Position numbers and translations under genes: made by a program. A DNA stretch of 63,035 nt, filler included, from Phoronis australis (Eukaryota; Animalia; Phoronida), in NCBI GenBank assembly GCA_002633005.1. It is 6 parts of 6 records of this genome, joined end to end, with 100 filler letters (N's around TTAATTAATTAA, not from the genome) between each part and the next. Parts side by side here need not be neighbours in the genome. Positions count along the whole stretch, not along the records: positions 14,754 to 43,428 come from NMRA01000393.1; 5 more parts are not named here. One strand, given 5' to 3'. Under the pieces are notes generated by a model that had not been told where the DNA came from, did no database searches, and worked only from the letters and a program-made list of their open reading frames with translations. Of the stretch, positions 26,106 to 39,201 are shown piece by piece (position 1 is the stretch's first letter; the number at the start of each line of letters is the position of its first letter).

Positions 26106-27716
26106 ACATGTATATAGAGGGACAAAGGGACATTTACCCCGAACTGCTGCACCGAGAGAGGGTGCCGTCTGAAATGGGACATCTTAAGATGAAAGGCTAA
26201 ACATCATTAAGCTTGCAAAAAAGTGACAGTTCATTCCACCGTCTTGGGGTCCCAAAACGATGCAGGGAGTGACCTCCTTCAATATGAAAGCACGATTTCA
26301 CAAAAAACAGGAAAATAGAGGTAATCGATTCCAACATTGGGCCCTCTCTCCGTGAGCGGCCCGGTAAGGCCTCCTTCAAGGGCGGGGCTCCTAAATATCA
26401 GGAAATGCGCAGCAATTGATGTCATCTGTCAGGTCATCAAATTTTCTCAAGTGATTTACAGTTTCGAGAAAAAAATAAAGTTAAAGTTGCCTCCGTTATC
26501 CGTTGCCAGAGAGGGGCCTCTGAAAAAATTGAATTTAAACATCCAGTAAATTAGTACGCTCCGCAAAAGCTTCGCCTTACAAATTTTTTCGATTTTCCGA
26601 AATATATGTGTGCGTTAGTGTCCTGGCCAGGGTCCTCAAAAGGTAAACCATGCACTGATGCAGATTTCTTAAATGTTCTCTTGAATTTTCTCTCTTATCC
26701 GTTTTTCGCAGTCTTTCTTTTCTCGACTGTCTCCGCCTATGTTGGTTGCCAGGGTTTAACCTAGACGCCTGAAAAATTTTGGGGGGCCCGTGCTAGGCTA
26801 CAGGTAGTCGGTATCTAACCAACACGAATCAGTAAAAAGGTTGGAAGTCCCATCACATTCAAATTGCACGACAAACATCTGCACGCGTGAACACATTTGT
26901 CTTAACAAATAATAGGGCGAATATTAACTGCACGGAAATCAAGTTCTTCGAATGAATTTATTCCCTCGAAGAATCGACTTTTTACTTTTCACTTGTCACT
27001 CCGCTACTTTAACCTACCGGTGAACACATAGACTAAACCATTCACTGGGCTTCTTGGCTGGCGCTCGGGTGACTACATGACTGCATTAGGTAAATAATTA
27101 AGCTCACAAGATGGCAGATGATTTGATTCGTTGTTGTTAGAGGAAGGTAAAAAAGGCAAAATACAACCAGTAAGACCGTTTGTCGTTTTGTGAACGTGTC
27201 AGTGGAATTTGATTTTGTTACTACTAACATCATGAACAAAAATTTTCCTCCCATTTTTTGTTTATATCTTTTCCACCAAGTGGTGAAAAGCTATCCTATG
27301 GAACTTCAGCTCTGTTTACAGGCTAGGCTACAGGTAGCCTTAGTACAAAGCTGTATACTAAATATATGTATTTTAGTCTTCATACAGATAGCTGGCTGGC
27401 TAGGCTTCAGGGAGCCGCCATCATTGAAGAAAAGCGAATCTTGGGCTCTTCTTATTCAAAAAATATTTACAAGTACAAGCAAACCTGTGCTTAGAGTCGA
27501 AAACCAAGTTAGGACTATGGCCACTTAGATGAACTCATCAGTTCCCTATTCAGTTTAGAAGGGATTAAACAAAAAACTGATGGTTCTTTATTTCAGTGTT
27601 ACCTCGTGGATGAGCTTAGTCTGAAGGACTAACGACTGCCTTTCGTATACTTATTTACCATGGTGTCTGGGACTAAATGTTGATACTTGGTCCTCAGCTC
27701 AAGATACCCAACTTAC

Positions 27717-27843
27717 GCTGTGGATTGAAAATTCTAAACACCCCTGTAGCTTCATCCGTATAGACTACAATATCACGGCTCACTGGACGAGTTCTGCTCT
27801 CAGGATCTTTCAACGTCAGCAAGACTTGGTTAGCAGTACCAAA
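27717..27843 (-). CDS. FAMeT-CBM14 gene copy 1, coding exon 3 (FAMeT-like domain, C-terminal part)
   Basis: ttttcag|FGTANQVLLTLKDPESRTRPVSRDIVVYTDEATGVFRIFNPQ C|gtaagt. 127 nt, phase 0 to 1. Conserved in the paralog at 41159-41285. Confidence 0.8.
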
Positions 27844-28220
27844 CTGAAAAGTTAGGTCACTATTTTAGAAAATAGCCTGTGAGATTTAAAAAATGCAAAT
27901 GAGATAAAAAATATAACGAGGCACCTAAAAACACGTTTTTCACAGTGATTAATCACGGAATGTTCTTTAAAGACTAGAAGGAGGCACTTTGTAACTAAGG
28001 CAACCGCATGAATAAGATGTATCATTGCTAAAAGACCTGACTGAATACGCATTACCTACTAGTGTACAGGACAAACTGCAAGTAGTAAAAGCACTGCGCC
28101 ACTGATTTTTCCGTTGCCACACAAGATTTTTTTACTTGAGCTCATGGCACGGAACTCAACTCAACTATTTCCAAGTTAAAATTAAGATTATGTAGGGCCG
28201 TATAAAAATGTTCAAAATTG

Positions 28221-28437
28221 TTTAACTTCAGACCATCATATCTCAGACATGGTTAACTTCAGACCATCATATCTCAGACATGGTTAACTTCAGACCATCA
28301 TATCTCAGACATCGTTAACTTCAGACCATCATATCTCAGACATGGTTAACTTCAGACCATCATATCTCAGACATCGTTAACTTCAGACCATCATATCTCA
28401 GACATCGTTAACTTCAGACCATCATATCTCAGACATG
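28221..28437. repeat. 31-bp minisatellite, 7 copies, intronic
   Basis: GTTAACTTCAGACCATCATATCTCAGACAT(G/C) x7. The paralogous intron has a single unit at ~42151-42181. Confidence 0.92.
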
Positions 28438-29325
28438 GCCATTCGGATTCAAATTTTAAGATGCCGTGCGTTTACATGCACTGCTTGTCCAAGCGCAATT
28501 AGGAATTGTTTTTTAAATGTCCCACTTTTATATGAAGAGTTATCAAGAACTACGACACGTTTTTCATGTAAATACTTTGAAGATGCATAAAACACGAAAC
28601 CATATTTTAGAAATTGTAACAGTGTTGTTGAGATCTCAGCTCTTGAACGCTGGTTTTAAATAAAATTTAATCATGTGGTTGAATCTTTTTTGCAATGAGT
28701 GTACTTTGCTTTTTCGCTAAAACTTACTAAAATGCCATAGTTAACTGACTTATAATCAAATTGTTCACGCTTTCTACTGTTATTGGTTTAAAATCTAAAG
28801 TTTTGCAGATATTTGGCATGTATATGCTACAACATACGTATGCAGAACATTCTCGACAAGATTGAATGTTTAGCAGAACGTCAACAAGATTTTAACTCAG
28901 TGAAAGAATATATTTCTGAATGTAAATAGCCTGTAGAATTTTGAGTTTTGACTTTTTACTGACCTCGTCATTGATTTGGTTATGTGACCACGACCCAATG
29001 GTAAAATTTAGAAAAAAGAAAGGTACATTGACAGCAAAACGGCGATATCAATAACATGAATTTTTTTGAATTGTCATTTCTGTTTGGTTTAATGCAACTT
29101 TGATTTTTTCATGAAAATCATGAATTTAAACAATTTTTAATGGTATTGTGGAGAACTATTATATGTAGTATCTTAATTTAATTGCAGTCACGTGTAATAC
29201 TGTTGCCAATACTTTGGCATACGTCTCTCATCGTGAGACCACGCCAAGAACTGAGAAGGCATAACTTAAACCCTATAACAAAACCAGATATATCTATTAA
29301 AACATATTCTTGACGAACGTTTTAC

Positions 29326-29651
29326 CTCCACCAGTCCACCTGCTCCCCGCCATTTTATGTAGAACTGGACGAACTTGTTACAGTCAAGCAGCTTTCGCCT
29401 CAAATATGCCTCAAGTTGTTCAGACCTATCAGTGGTGACGTAGAGTACATTTTCGTTGTTTAGTGGCCCACCCCCCAAAACGAGATGGTAGTCGCTGTAG
29501 AAATCGCCATTTGGTTCCTTTTTACCAATAGACAGAGCAGCTGAGGTGCGACACGCTTTCACTTGGAAGTTGACTTGGTTGAAGCTGCTGAAACTGTATG
29601 CTGATGTGACGAGATGGCCAGTAGATGGCGTGTTAATGGTTTCAAATTTTT
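29326..29651 (-). CDS. FAMeT-CBM14 gene copy 1, coding exon 2 (farnesoic acid O-methyltransferase-like domain, N-terminal part)
   Basis: ctgcag|AA AAA…GTG GAG|gtaaa. Motifs FQVKAC, YHLVLGG..NN, LLDCNKFVQFYIKW and GLVE match the FAMeT-domain pattern F.VKAC / YEI.IGG..N / L.C.EF..FWI.W..G.I.VG. Confidence 0.8.
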
Positions 29652-30126
29652 CTGCAGTTGAAATAACACACAACTACTTACTAAAGCAACTAAAATATCA
29701 ATAATATCATATAATATCGCCGGATCTTGTTGTCTTAAACATTATCCGAAAATACAATAACACCAGAACCACAAAACGCCTATTTTGTAAGCTGAACACT
29801 TGCAGCTTAGTACGGTCATAAGCACGTTATTGCGAAGGTGTCGTTGCGTTTTCGTCTCATTGGTGCTGCCGTAAACATGATCGTATTTCACATTTAGTTC
29901 CATTCAAAGCCCAATTGACCACGTTAACAGCTTGTTTACCCATAAAATCTGAATATACGACCGTCTTGGGTGCACTTAAAACCTTTGAGAAATCGGGCTC
30001 CTGGCCCACCAACACAATGTTGGAGAAACATACGCGGATGCGGTTAAAAGGAATAAACTTGGACCCGTTCTAGAAAAAAATCACTCAAACTTTATAAAAA
30101 TAAAAAGCTTGCCTTGCAAACCTCAC

Positions 30127-30187
30127 CAGCTGTAAAGATGTTACAGACATTGGCCATGAGTAACGCGAGTATCACGAGAGTCCACAT
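30127..30187 (-). CDS. FAMeT-CBM14 gene copy 1, coding exon 1 (signal peptide)
   Basis: MWTLVILALLMANVCNIFTA G|gtgag. Phase 1 matches the next exon. Confidence 0.8.
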
Positions 30188-30409
30188 GATTCTACTTGAA
30201 TCAGAAGAATGCACCTGTAATTAAACACAACTGACATAAAAGGACGCAGTAATCCAGCTATTAGAGTGTTGTGGCGAGCCCCTGCACAAAGATCTGACAC
30301 GAGCCACTGGCGGTTCCCTTATGGACTAGTCACTGAACGACGTTCTGCTGGCGATACGGAAACTTGCTGTCAGAGAGGAGAACACCATGGTAGCGCGCGT
30401 GGCACTCTC

Positions 30410-31200
30410 CAACACGCGCCAAGATCGCGACGTGACCGTCTGGTCTTTTTGTGCCGTCTCCACGGACAAGCAAATGTTTGTATATTTAACATCCCGTGTC
30501 CGAACTGCAGAACCCAAGTCAACTATACAGACGAAATTCTCCGCGATGCTGTCACCCGTGGCCACTCAGACCCCGACATCGATTTGGACCTTCTTGGTGA
30601 TGCTAAGCAAGCTATGTCACTGGAACTTGAAGATACCCTTCGCCTAATCGAAGCCAAGGAATCCGGCAAGCGCTCAGCCTTCCGTTTGCACGACACCCCA
30701 TGCGGTTGAGGCGGAAAGTGCATATAGGAAAAACAAAAGGTGCCCAGCCATCAAACCTGGTCCCATCATGCATCAGGAGTTCCGCGTTTGCAGTTATTGC
30801 AGACAGCCGGGCCATACTCGCAAATACTGCCCCGCCCATGGCCTTTCCCCGCCCACATCCGGCATGCTACTTTCCCTTGGCGATCGCGATGACAAGTGCG
30901 TTGGTAAGAAACCTTTCTCCCCAGACGGCATCCGTCGACCTCTCTCCTATGATGTCGCCGTCTGCGCCGACTGCCAACGGTGACCCATCCGTTCCCGATG
31001 CCGATGTAGACCAACGTTTGGTTCCCCAGGTTGCACTTCCTCCGGCTTCGGACGGACCTCGTCGTTCCACTCACACCACCCGGAAGCCTTCCTGGATGCA
31101 AGACATTTTAGTTCTACCTAGGCCTCTATATAGATTGACATTATTAGTCACTGTCGCTGACTGCTCCAATGACTTGGGGGATATAGACGATATTGGTACT
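30410..31200 (+). mobile_element. Internally deleted Ty3/Gypsy-like LTR retrotransposon relic (gag fragment + integrase tail)
   Basis: Gag-like segment QDRD…RLHGQANVC…CPNC…VNYTDEILRD…DLLGD…IEAKESGKRSA. CCHC knuckle CSYCRQPGHTRKYC. RRSTHTTRKPSWMQD resembles Gypsy pol C-termini. Purine tract near 31176. Confidence 0.7.
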
Positions 31201-31561
31201 GCCATTAGAGGGCTCACTATGTTCCCCTATAGGTGGCGCTGGCTGTTCTCAATATGGCAGCCTCCAGCCTACAGTCCCTTTGAACACTTCTACGGGTACA
31301 TTAGCTTTAGATTCATGTATACTGTTAGTTTAAGAACACAGTTCAGTTTGTCATTAGTTTATTACAGTCTTTAGCTAGCATGGATCTTCTCAAAAGTCAC
31401 AGATGTTTTATTTGTTTTGTAGATCGCTAATCATTCTTTGTCACATTGTCTGGCTGTGCAATAAAAAAAAATGGTGATATAAGGAATAACCCGTGTTTAT
31501 TTACCTACGATTATTTGGAAAACTGAGTTCACCACCTTTCTTTCTGTTGACGCTATATGTG

Positions 31562-31632
31562 TAATGGGCCCGGCCTTGTGACCTAAACACGCCTGATGTA
31601 CCGCAACAGGCATCAGGCTATCTGCACTCTTT
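31562..31632 (+). mobile_element. Severely 5'-truncated LINE 3' tail
   Basis: Near-identical to 46616-46689, which follows a LINE C-terminal ORF. Hairpin GCCTGATG…CATCAGGC followed by a T-rich end. Confidence 0.65.
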
Positions 31633-32071
31633 TCTCTGTTTTGAAATGTTTTCTTATTGAATAGACTAGTCTACCAACCACGGAATCTGGTAATCTTTGC
31701 GTGGTCATATCTCTTGCGTATTCTTACCGCATTCAAAATTGTTCTTGCCCATACTTGTCACTCATTTTCATGACTAGTCACTTAAAAACAAGTTGTCAAT
31801 TTTGTATGATGCAAGACTCAGTTCTCCAAAGCCCTGAAGACAAATTCAGGACCCTCATGGAGGAACTTAAGCACACTAGTGTAGATTTACATGAGTTATC
31901 AATCTAAATTATACATTTTATTTGCCTTAAATTTTCCTATGGCGCAATTGTTAGCTAAAACCTTCATACAACTCCTCAAAAGCTGCTGGAAATTAACTAT
32001 GTTAGGGACTTTATGTGTATTCTGGGGCGATGCCTGGTTTGGCTGGTACACACTATCGTCTTTCTCAACAC

Positions 32072-33731
32072 TTAAAGGAGAATGCCACCCGATTTACTTA
32101 GTCTTTTCTGCCGTCTTAATCGGTCTATATACACATTGCCTTGCATACGGTTGACCTTACCTTGCCGAGAGGTGTTGCGTTAACATGTGAGGAAGGTGAG
32201 AAACCACGCAGCGACGTCAGTGGTTCACTTGCAGAGTTAATGCCGCTATGTTGCGGTGCATCGTTCCCGGTTGTCCGAACTATGCAGCTGCGAGGAAAGC
32301 GCGTATATTGTTTTTTCGGCTTCCTCGAGAGCCCGAAATGCTTAGGAATTAACTCGTCGTAGTGAAGAATGAAAAGTACGCTGTAAATAGCAAGTGTGAG
32401 GCCGAGAAAAATTTCTGTGTCTGTGGCCTGCAGTCGTCCCGGGACAGTGCCGGCTTACCAAATAACTATCCATACGTTCCGTTGGCTGAGCTTGTTCACG
32501 GCGCCTCTCTAGTATTTCTTCATCACTGTATTCCTGTTCGAAGTGATGGCCTGTGAAACTTAACGTCGGGATGAGCTCTCGTCTAAGTCGGGATTGCGAG
32601 TCAGCTGCCGTCAGTGTTGGCGTTTGAGCGTTCCGTTTCAAAATGAATTATTCTCACCCTTACCAATACTTATATAAAACTGAAACAAAGTCTGTCTCAT
32701 TCGATGCAATTTATAATGCCTTTGGAGTGTTCGTGAGTGCAAATGATTTGAGAAGCCAGCAATGAATAAATCACTGCGTTACCGGCTTTAGGTGCAATAA
32801 AACAAATTGACAGGACACCGAGGCCGCGTGAGCTCATGCTAATTCAATGCTTGCTGACAGAAACAGTTGCGAAACAACTCGATTTCTATCCCACAGGTGT
32901 TAGGGGAATCTTTATTTACATGTACATTGACAATCACTATTTGAATAATGTTAATGTAAATAAACTTCTGCCCTGACAGTTCTGTGGCCAAAGCGGAACC
33001 TGAATTCGCGGCCCCCGACGAGTAAGTATATTTGCAGCTTCGTGGCTAATTCACCAACATAATCACGTGCAATTTACTTCTTTGTCTGACTAGTACAACA
33101 TTTTCTTGACTGGAAGTTTAGCTTTCAACTTTGGCTGGTTCATGTTCGTGATGTCTGATCGGCTTCCGAGCCACTGGCTGGGATAACCAGTCAGTCCGGC
33201 CGCGACGGGTCTGATCGGGCTCTGAGCCACTGGCCAGGATAACAAGCGTTTTGTGTGTTTAGAACTCAAAAAATCACAAGTCTAAACAACACAGATCTGG
33301 GTTCTCCTGTCTGTATATCACGGAAAAATACTTTGAATTTATCTCCGAACAGACCCCAAACTCCTGCTAAGGACCTTATTGGCCTGCCGAACTTTGTAGG
33401 CTACTGTGTGTCCAAACACCAATAAATCCGTCACAGCGAAATAAAACAAAACGTTTTCATAAGAACTCGGTGTATTTTTAGGGGTTTTACATTGAAGTTT
33501 GGTGATTTATTGGTGTTAAAAAAATGAATTCAAGCAATAAGCTGACACCAGTAACCCGTGTTGTGAGCTGCTGAACAGACTGCGTGAAACCAATTACTTC
33601 AATGGATAATTTCACCACCTCCGTCTGCCGTCAGGTGTCAGGTAACGCAACCGTACGTGCCCTTATGGAGTAGAACTACTCGATCTAAATTGATACAAAT
33701 TAGGTTGTTTTTGGGTGACATGCTCCTTTAA
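32072..33731. mobile_element. Non-autonomous TTAA-flanked DNA transposon (Kolobok-like), ~1.65 kb
   Basis: TTAA|AGGAGAATGCCACCC … GGGTGACATGCTCCT|TTAA: short imperfect TIR with AG…CT ends. The right end is shared with 7722-7830. Confidence 0.7.
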
Positions 33732-34080
33732 CTTTAAGCCCACCTTTCCTCTTCATCCCTGACGTCACTGACCGTGCTCATACTTTCAGACATTTACGAC
33801 AAACTTTGTCAACCAATTCATCTCTTTCGGTCTCCGTTGTCTTCGATCCGCCCATCCCCACAAAAGTGATTATCGGATTACACCACCTCTCCCTTATCCT
33901 GCTGAGCCTCACTTCAGACTACTTTCCCTATGTGCTGAGCTAAGTAGGTTACCACTACTGCTGTACACTGAGCTGTTATGAAGGTCACCAAGACTAATGA
34001 CCTAACAATTTTAAATTGCCGGAAATTTGAAGGGGAAATGTTAATTTCACAGAAAAGAAGCCAATATAAAAGTTGTCCAG

Positions 34081-34481
34081 GGCCCGGTCTCCAATCTTTT
34101 TACTCGAAATGGAACTCGAAATTAGGTTTGACATTTTCTACTCTACTTTTGGGCGAACTCAAGATAAGTGTCTATTATTCTATGCTCGAGTACACAATAA
34201 CTTACGTAGATAATTTATTGCCCTTAGTTCACAGTTTGTAAACCCAATATTAAAGCAATAAGTTTGAGTTTGAACTCGAAATTTCGAGTTTTTACTCGGG
34301 TTTGTAGCACGAATATAAGAGTCTTCAAGGGCAAACTTGAACTAGAAACTGCTATGCATAAACTATAATGTATTCGAGCACAGTCCGATTACCAATTATA
34401 TTAAGTTCGCACAAAAGGAGCAGAGAAATTGCCAAAAATAGTTTCGAGTTCATTTCGAGTACAAAGATTAGAGACCGGGCC
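34081..34481. mobile_element. PIF/Harbinger-like MITE
   Basis: TIR GGCCCGGTCTC…GAGACCGGGCC with extended imperfect arms. 3-bp CAG duplicated on both flanks. Confidence 0.75.
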
Positions 34482-36129
34482 CAGAATTTGATGGAGAATT
34501 TTACCCTGTGTAAGTCTTGATCATAGCCTTGCTGAAAGTAAACTTACCCACTGTCATCCTCTCACGTCTGGCCATATAATGAAACTATGTGTCTACACTT
34601 AATAAAACTGCCAATATCTCCCAAACTAGTAATCACAGCCATATGGTTTAAATCGGAGAAATGTAGAGGAAACTGTGAACTATGGAATGCACATGCTCAC
34701 ATATCTAAACAACATTCCGGGGCTCTTACAATTTCTGAATGAAAATCACAAAGTGTCCTGGGGTGAGTGCACTCTCCTAGGACAGTTTATCATAGTCGAT
34801 TGAGTACACCCAACGCATTGTAATAGGATAATTGGCATGTCGGCTGACCTCCTCTAGCGCAGGCTAAGGGTTAAGAACTAAACCTCAGGGTGTTTCGTAG
34901 ACTGAATCATTGAGAGGAGATTTTTACGTAGAAAAACTTTCATAATTGCTTAATACCAATAGTCCTTTCCAAGAAACTGACTTAAGATTTGTCTTAACTT
35001 CCAAATTTTGAATCTTCCACATCCGGTAAGATAGTAAATATTAAGACAAAACTTATATCAAACCCTTACGTCAAACCTAAAATCTCTTTCTTGAAAAGGT
35101 CTGTTGAGACAAATTAAAGTTTTGTTATAAAATTTACTAAAATTTAAGATTTGTCTTAGCTATGTTAAGTTTGTTGCAACGGGCCATAAGACTCCACAGC
35201 TGGAGTCGGGTTGTAATACAGCCGAGTGCCAATTTATTCACCGAGGATGGCTTCAAGCTGTTAAGAATTCTCATTTCTTTCAAAACCAAGGCACCCCTCT
35301 CGTCGTAGTAACGCTCTGGAAACAATTTGAAATCAGTTTTTATCTACAGGTGATCTATATCAAAGATTAGTTCCTTTGGTGGCCGGAATGCCACTTCAGT
35401 AGCACCTGAAAACTCCCTGGTTCTGGTTGAGAAAAGGGCATCATGCATCTTACCTGTATGTTGTCAAGAAAGGCTGCTTGCGGATAGATGTGTTATTTAC
35501 ACTATTTAGTAACACTGTTCAAACACGAATTGTTTTAATGGCTTTCTCGTGCACTGGAGTGCGATGTAACGAAAACACACCAAGACGCTCATGATTTATA
35601 TTTAAAATACGCCATGCCTTTGCACGAGACCGTGACACATATAGTCACACTACCCTGATCGATCCTTCACGTGGACTAGTTATAAATCCCACTTCGTCAA
35701 TAATCGTCTCATACTAAAACTGCTTATGTTTTTTTTTAACTGAAGAGGCCTGGAACTCGAAAAAACAGGTAAATTGCATAATCCAAAGTGGTTCTGTGCC
35801 ACTGAAACAGAATTCAACATGTTCGCCAGATATTTCAACGGTGCGTTCGTAAAAATTTTGAATTTCTGGTGATGTCAAGGCATTTTTCTTTTAATTTTGA
35901 ATTTAAAAAACAATCTATGAAGTGCTCACCACTTCGTCGATTTTCTCCCACCCACGCGAAGCACGTTGCCTTATTTGGCATGGCAAGAAGTAGACTTAGC
36001 ACATTTCCCTTGTATGGAAAATGTAGCCTTCGACCTTTGTTGTAAACAAAAGGATGGCGAATTCAAGCAGCAGCCAGTCCGATTAAGAGGCAATTCATGT
36101 AAGCCCTAAGTGTTTAAAATTAAGTATAA

Positions 36130-36510
36130 GGTTATCGTAGTATTCAAATACAATGGAAATGCACTTGGAATTCTTTTCGGGAATTCGCTAGCTTCACTAG
36201 CTTGCCTCATACTGTGCTGTCGACCTGAGATTTGGAGTGCATCCAACTCGTTAGTCAGTTGTTTTTCGAACGACTGCGAAGCATGCACGCTTAAAAGTGG
36301 ATAACGTAGACGTTGTAGGATGGCACTTCCGTCAGGATTTGTTAAAAAGTTATTTTGACGAGCTTTCACGATCCATGCCTCTTTCAAATCCATCTTCTTA
36401 TTGTCTATCGAGACTTCACTATAAAACGAAATAAAACCTCGGATGTTGGCATGGAGAACGATTCGCTCAGTGCATTTTCCGAAACACGAGACACAAACAG
36501 GAAAACACAT
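36130..36510 (-). pseudogene. Possible degenerate THAP-domain relic (DNA transposon derived)
   Basis: C..C…LKEAWIVKARQNNF…LLSVH…FEKQL…RIPSAFP resembles the THAP layout (W…R.NF, CS.HF, AVP-box P+IF), but key Cys/His residues are eroded. Confidence 0.4.
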
Positions 36511-38569
36511 TTCTTATAATAATTGTAGTCGCGTGGGAACGACACGGGTTCTGGTGCTGTAGGCCCATGTTTGATTCGTTGACTGCTACCTTGGCCTGCC
36601 TGTCTAATGACAAAGCTCACATTCATTCTTTACGACAATGCAGCCAACACCAACAGGTATACCTTTGTATCGCTAAATCAATTTTCTTTGAACATTTCTT
36701 CTATACAGTTCACGTGTTAGATTAGTAGCCTACACAGAGACTAGACGGCTCTGGTCCATTATGGCTCACATGATTGGTCATAAAAATGAAGCCCAGTAAC
36801 TTAACAATGTAGGCTGTGCCAGATCAGTCTGTTGATCGCTATCATTTTATATCCAATTCCACTTCCTCTTAGTAACGACAATACCTTCATATACTTATTC
36901 TATGTGCATAATGCGTTGTTGTGATTTCGTAGTAACTGCTCGCGGAACTGGCTCAAACCTTATCTTACATGCCTTCCTTTTTTATACAGTTTTATTACTC
37001 ACCAGACACGAAGACCAACTGCAGATCCATGTCTACGTGTGTATAGGTTACTTATAATAATTCATTATGAACAGCATAATAACCAAAAAATAAGCGCTGT
37101 TTTATGTTTTCTACACAACAAGTATCCGGCTAGCCAGCCAAACGAACTTTCCAAATAAGGAAGTCAATAAATACAGTCAACAGCTTGACAGGCCGGAACG
37201 ATGGGACTACACATGCATGCTGACGTTCGCACATGTGCAAATGCACACTCACAGACGCGCAAGCGCACGTACACATTCACCAATTCGCAAAATTATATAA
37301 AGGAATGGTTCCAGGTTATACACTCAAACATCGCAGTTTGAGAAGTTACACAAACGGCGCATCACGAGACAAGCATCACGGTCTATAAACAGAAGCTCAT
37401 GTGTTGTGACATCATCCCAAGACACCGACAATGTTGACTAATGTGCCTGTGTGGCGTGTTCACATGACTTTGTATTCGACTGGTGGGCGATGAATAAGAT
37501 ATCGCAAATGTGTGTGTTCGAAATCTTTGTTTGCTGAATTCTGGGTTAGACATGTCTGGGAATGACGTCAGCGGTTTGTTCCATATGTGAATGCTAACGT
37601 CTCAGCAATGTGGGCACCGGAGTGGGCGTAATGGATTTTTAATCCTATTCCATTTTTCATGAGCTCGGAGTCTTATAAACCCATATTTTCAGTTGCTTAG
37701 AATGTATGAGATATGCGTATTCCGAATTTCTACCGGTGTAATGAGCAATAGAATACGCATTGAGATTACGACACCAAAATTTAACTGAAGTAAATTTGAA
37801 AAAAAATCTTACGCAGTTACTCCACCTAGGTTTGTGTCTGTTCTTGTTCTTGTGCTTTTAATTTATACAACTCTCACGAGTTTCAGCAGCTCCTGAAGGC
37901 TCCATAGTTCACCTGGGCTGGTCATGCAACAGTGTAAGACGGCTCAAATGAACCGGTGAGTTGATTTATTTTATTCAATATCACAGGTACGGTGAAGATC
38001 ACACAGTTACGCAAAACAATTACTTTTGGTTTAGTCAAGGATCAGTTGAAGCTCAACTTACAGTGTTGATCTGTACAAAGGTAGTTTAACATTAAAAACA
38101 AGCAGAGGCTATCATTCATTCATAATAAACAAAAAGGTCAAAACCTCGCCAGCGCTCTAACCCTACACTAGTCGCAGGTTTATGACGTATGCAAAACCTT
38201 TTGGAATTTTTTTTTAAACCTGAGGCTTGCCCATGGATTTTGACGAAATATCCAAGAGGTTTTGCTCACATCATAAACCTGAGACGAGTGTAGGATTTGT
38301 TTTCTCACATGAACCGTAAAACGATATTTCAGTTTTACGTCACAACACGTTTTTTGATAGGTACACTTCATAGAACCTACCCATACAGATTTTTCAGATT
38401 AAGTTTTAGACCACAATATTTTGAAAATTGTTTTTTAAATAATGTGACGTGTTTTCAGTAGAGACTGCTGTGGGTTATTTAAGATATAACCGTATCATCT
38501 GCACACTGCATCAGTTTGTATTCCACTGATCCGGCCCGGATACCCTAAAGACTGTTGTCTAATCTAAAG

Positions 38570-39201
38570 AGCCGGTACATAATCTCTGCACATAGAATAT
38601 AAAGGTATGCTGATAACGGATCACCTTGCCTACAAGCACGCCCTATGTCAAAAAAGGTAGATGTGACACCGTTTTCTATCAACACATTGCTTTGCACCTC
38701 TGTTTAGTACATAGACCCAATTTTTCGTTGAGTCACCAAAATTAAAGAAATTTAGAATTTTGTCAATAAAAGACCAAGACAAGCAGTCAAACGCCTTTTG
38801 GAAGTCCACCAGTACAAGCAAATCCGGTTTATTAAACTGTTCAGTAAACTGCTCGGCGTCCTAAGTCTGCCTTTTATTTTCTGCTATAAAACGCCCACAA
38901 CTAAAACCCTTGTGGTCAGGGTGTATCAACTTTTGCATTGCAGAACGAACTCGTTGGGGAATACAAGACGACGAAAGTTTGTAACCGATAGGTCTCTAAT
39001 TTGTATATTTTTCCTTAGTTTATTCCCTTTGGCTATGATAGTAATAACTCCCTCGAGATGGGAGTTTGGAAGGAAGCCTCTTCTGAAACTATGATTGTAC
39101 GCTTTAGTAATATACTTCTCTAGGTCATTCCAGAAGAACTTATAAAATTCAGTGGTGAAACCGTTCGGACTTGGACTTTTATTATTTTTCATGTGCTTCA
39201 C
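38570..39201 (-). mobile_element. L1/Tx1-clade LINE reverse transcriptase fragment
   Basis: KSPSPNGFTTEFYKFFW…GVITIIAKG, then LLVDFQKAFDCLSWSFI and GRACRQGDPLSAYLYILCAE in adjacent frames. Confidence 0.88.
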
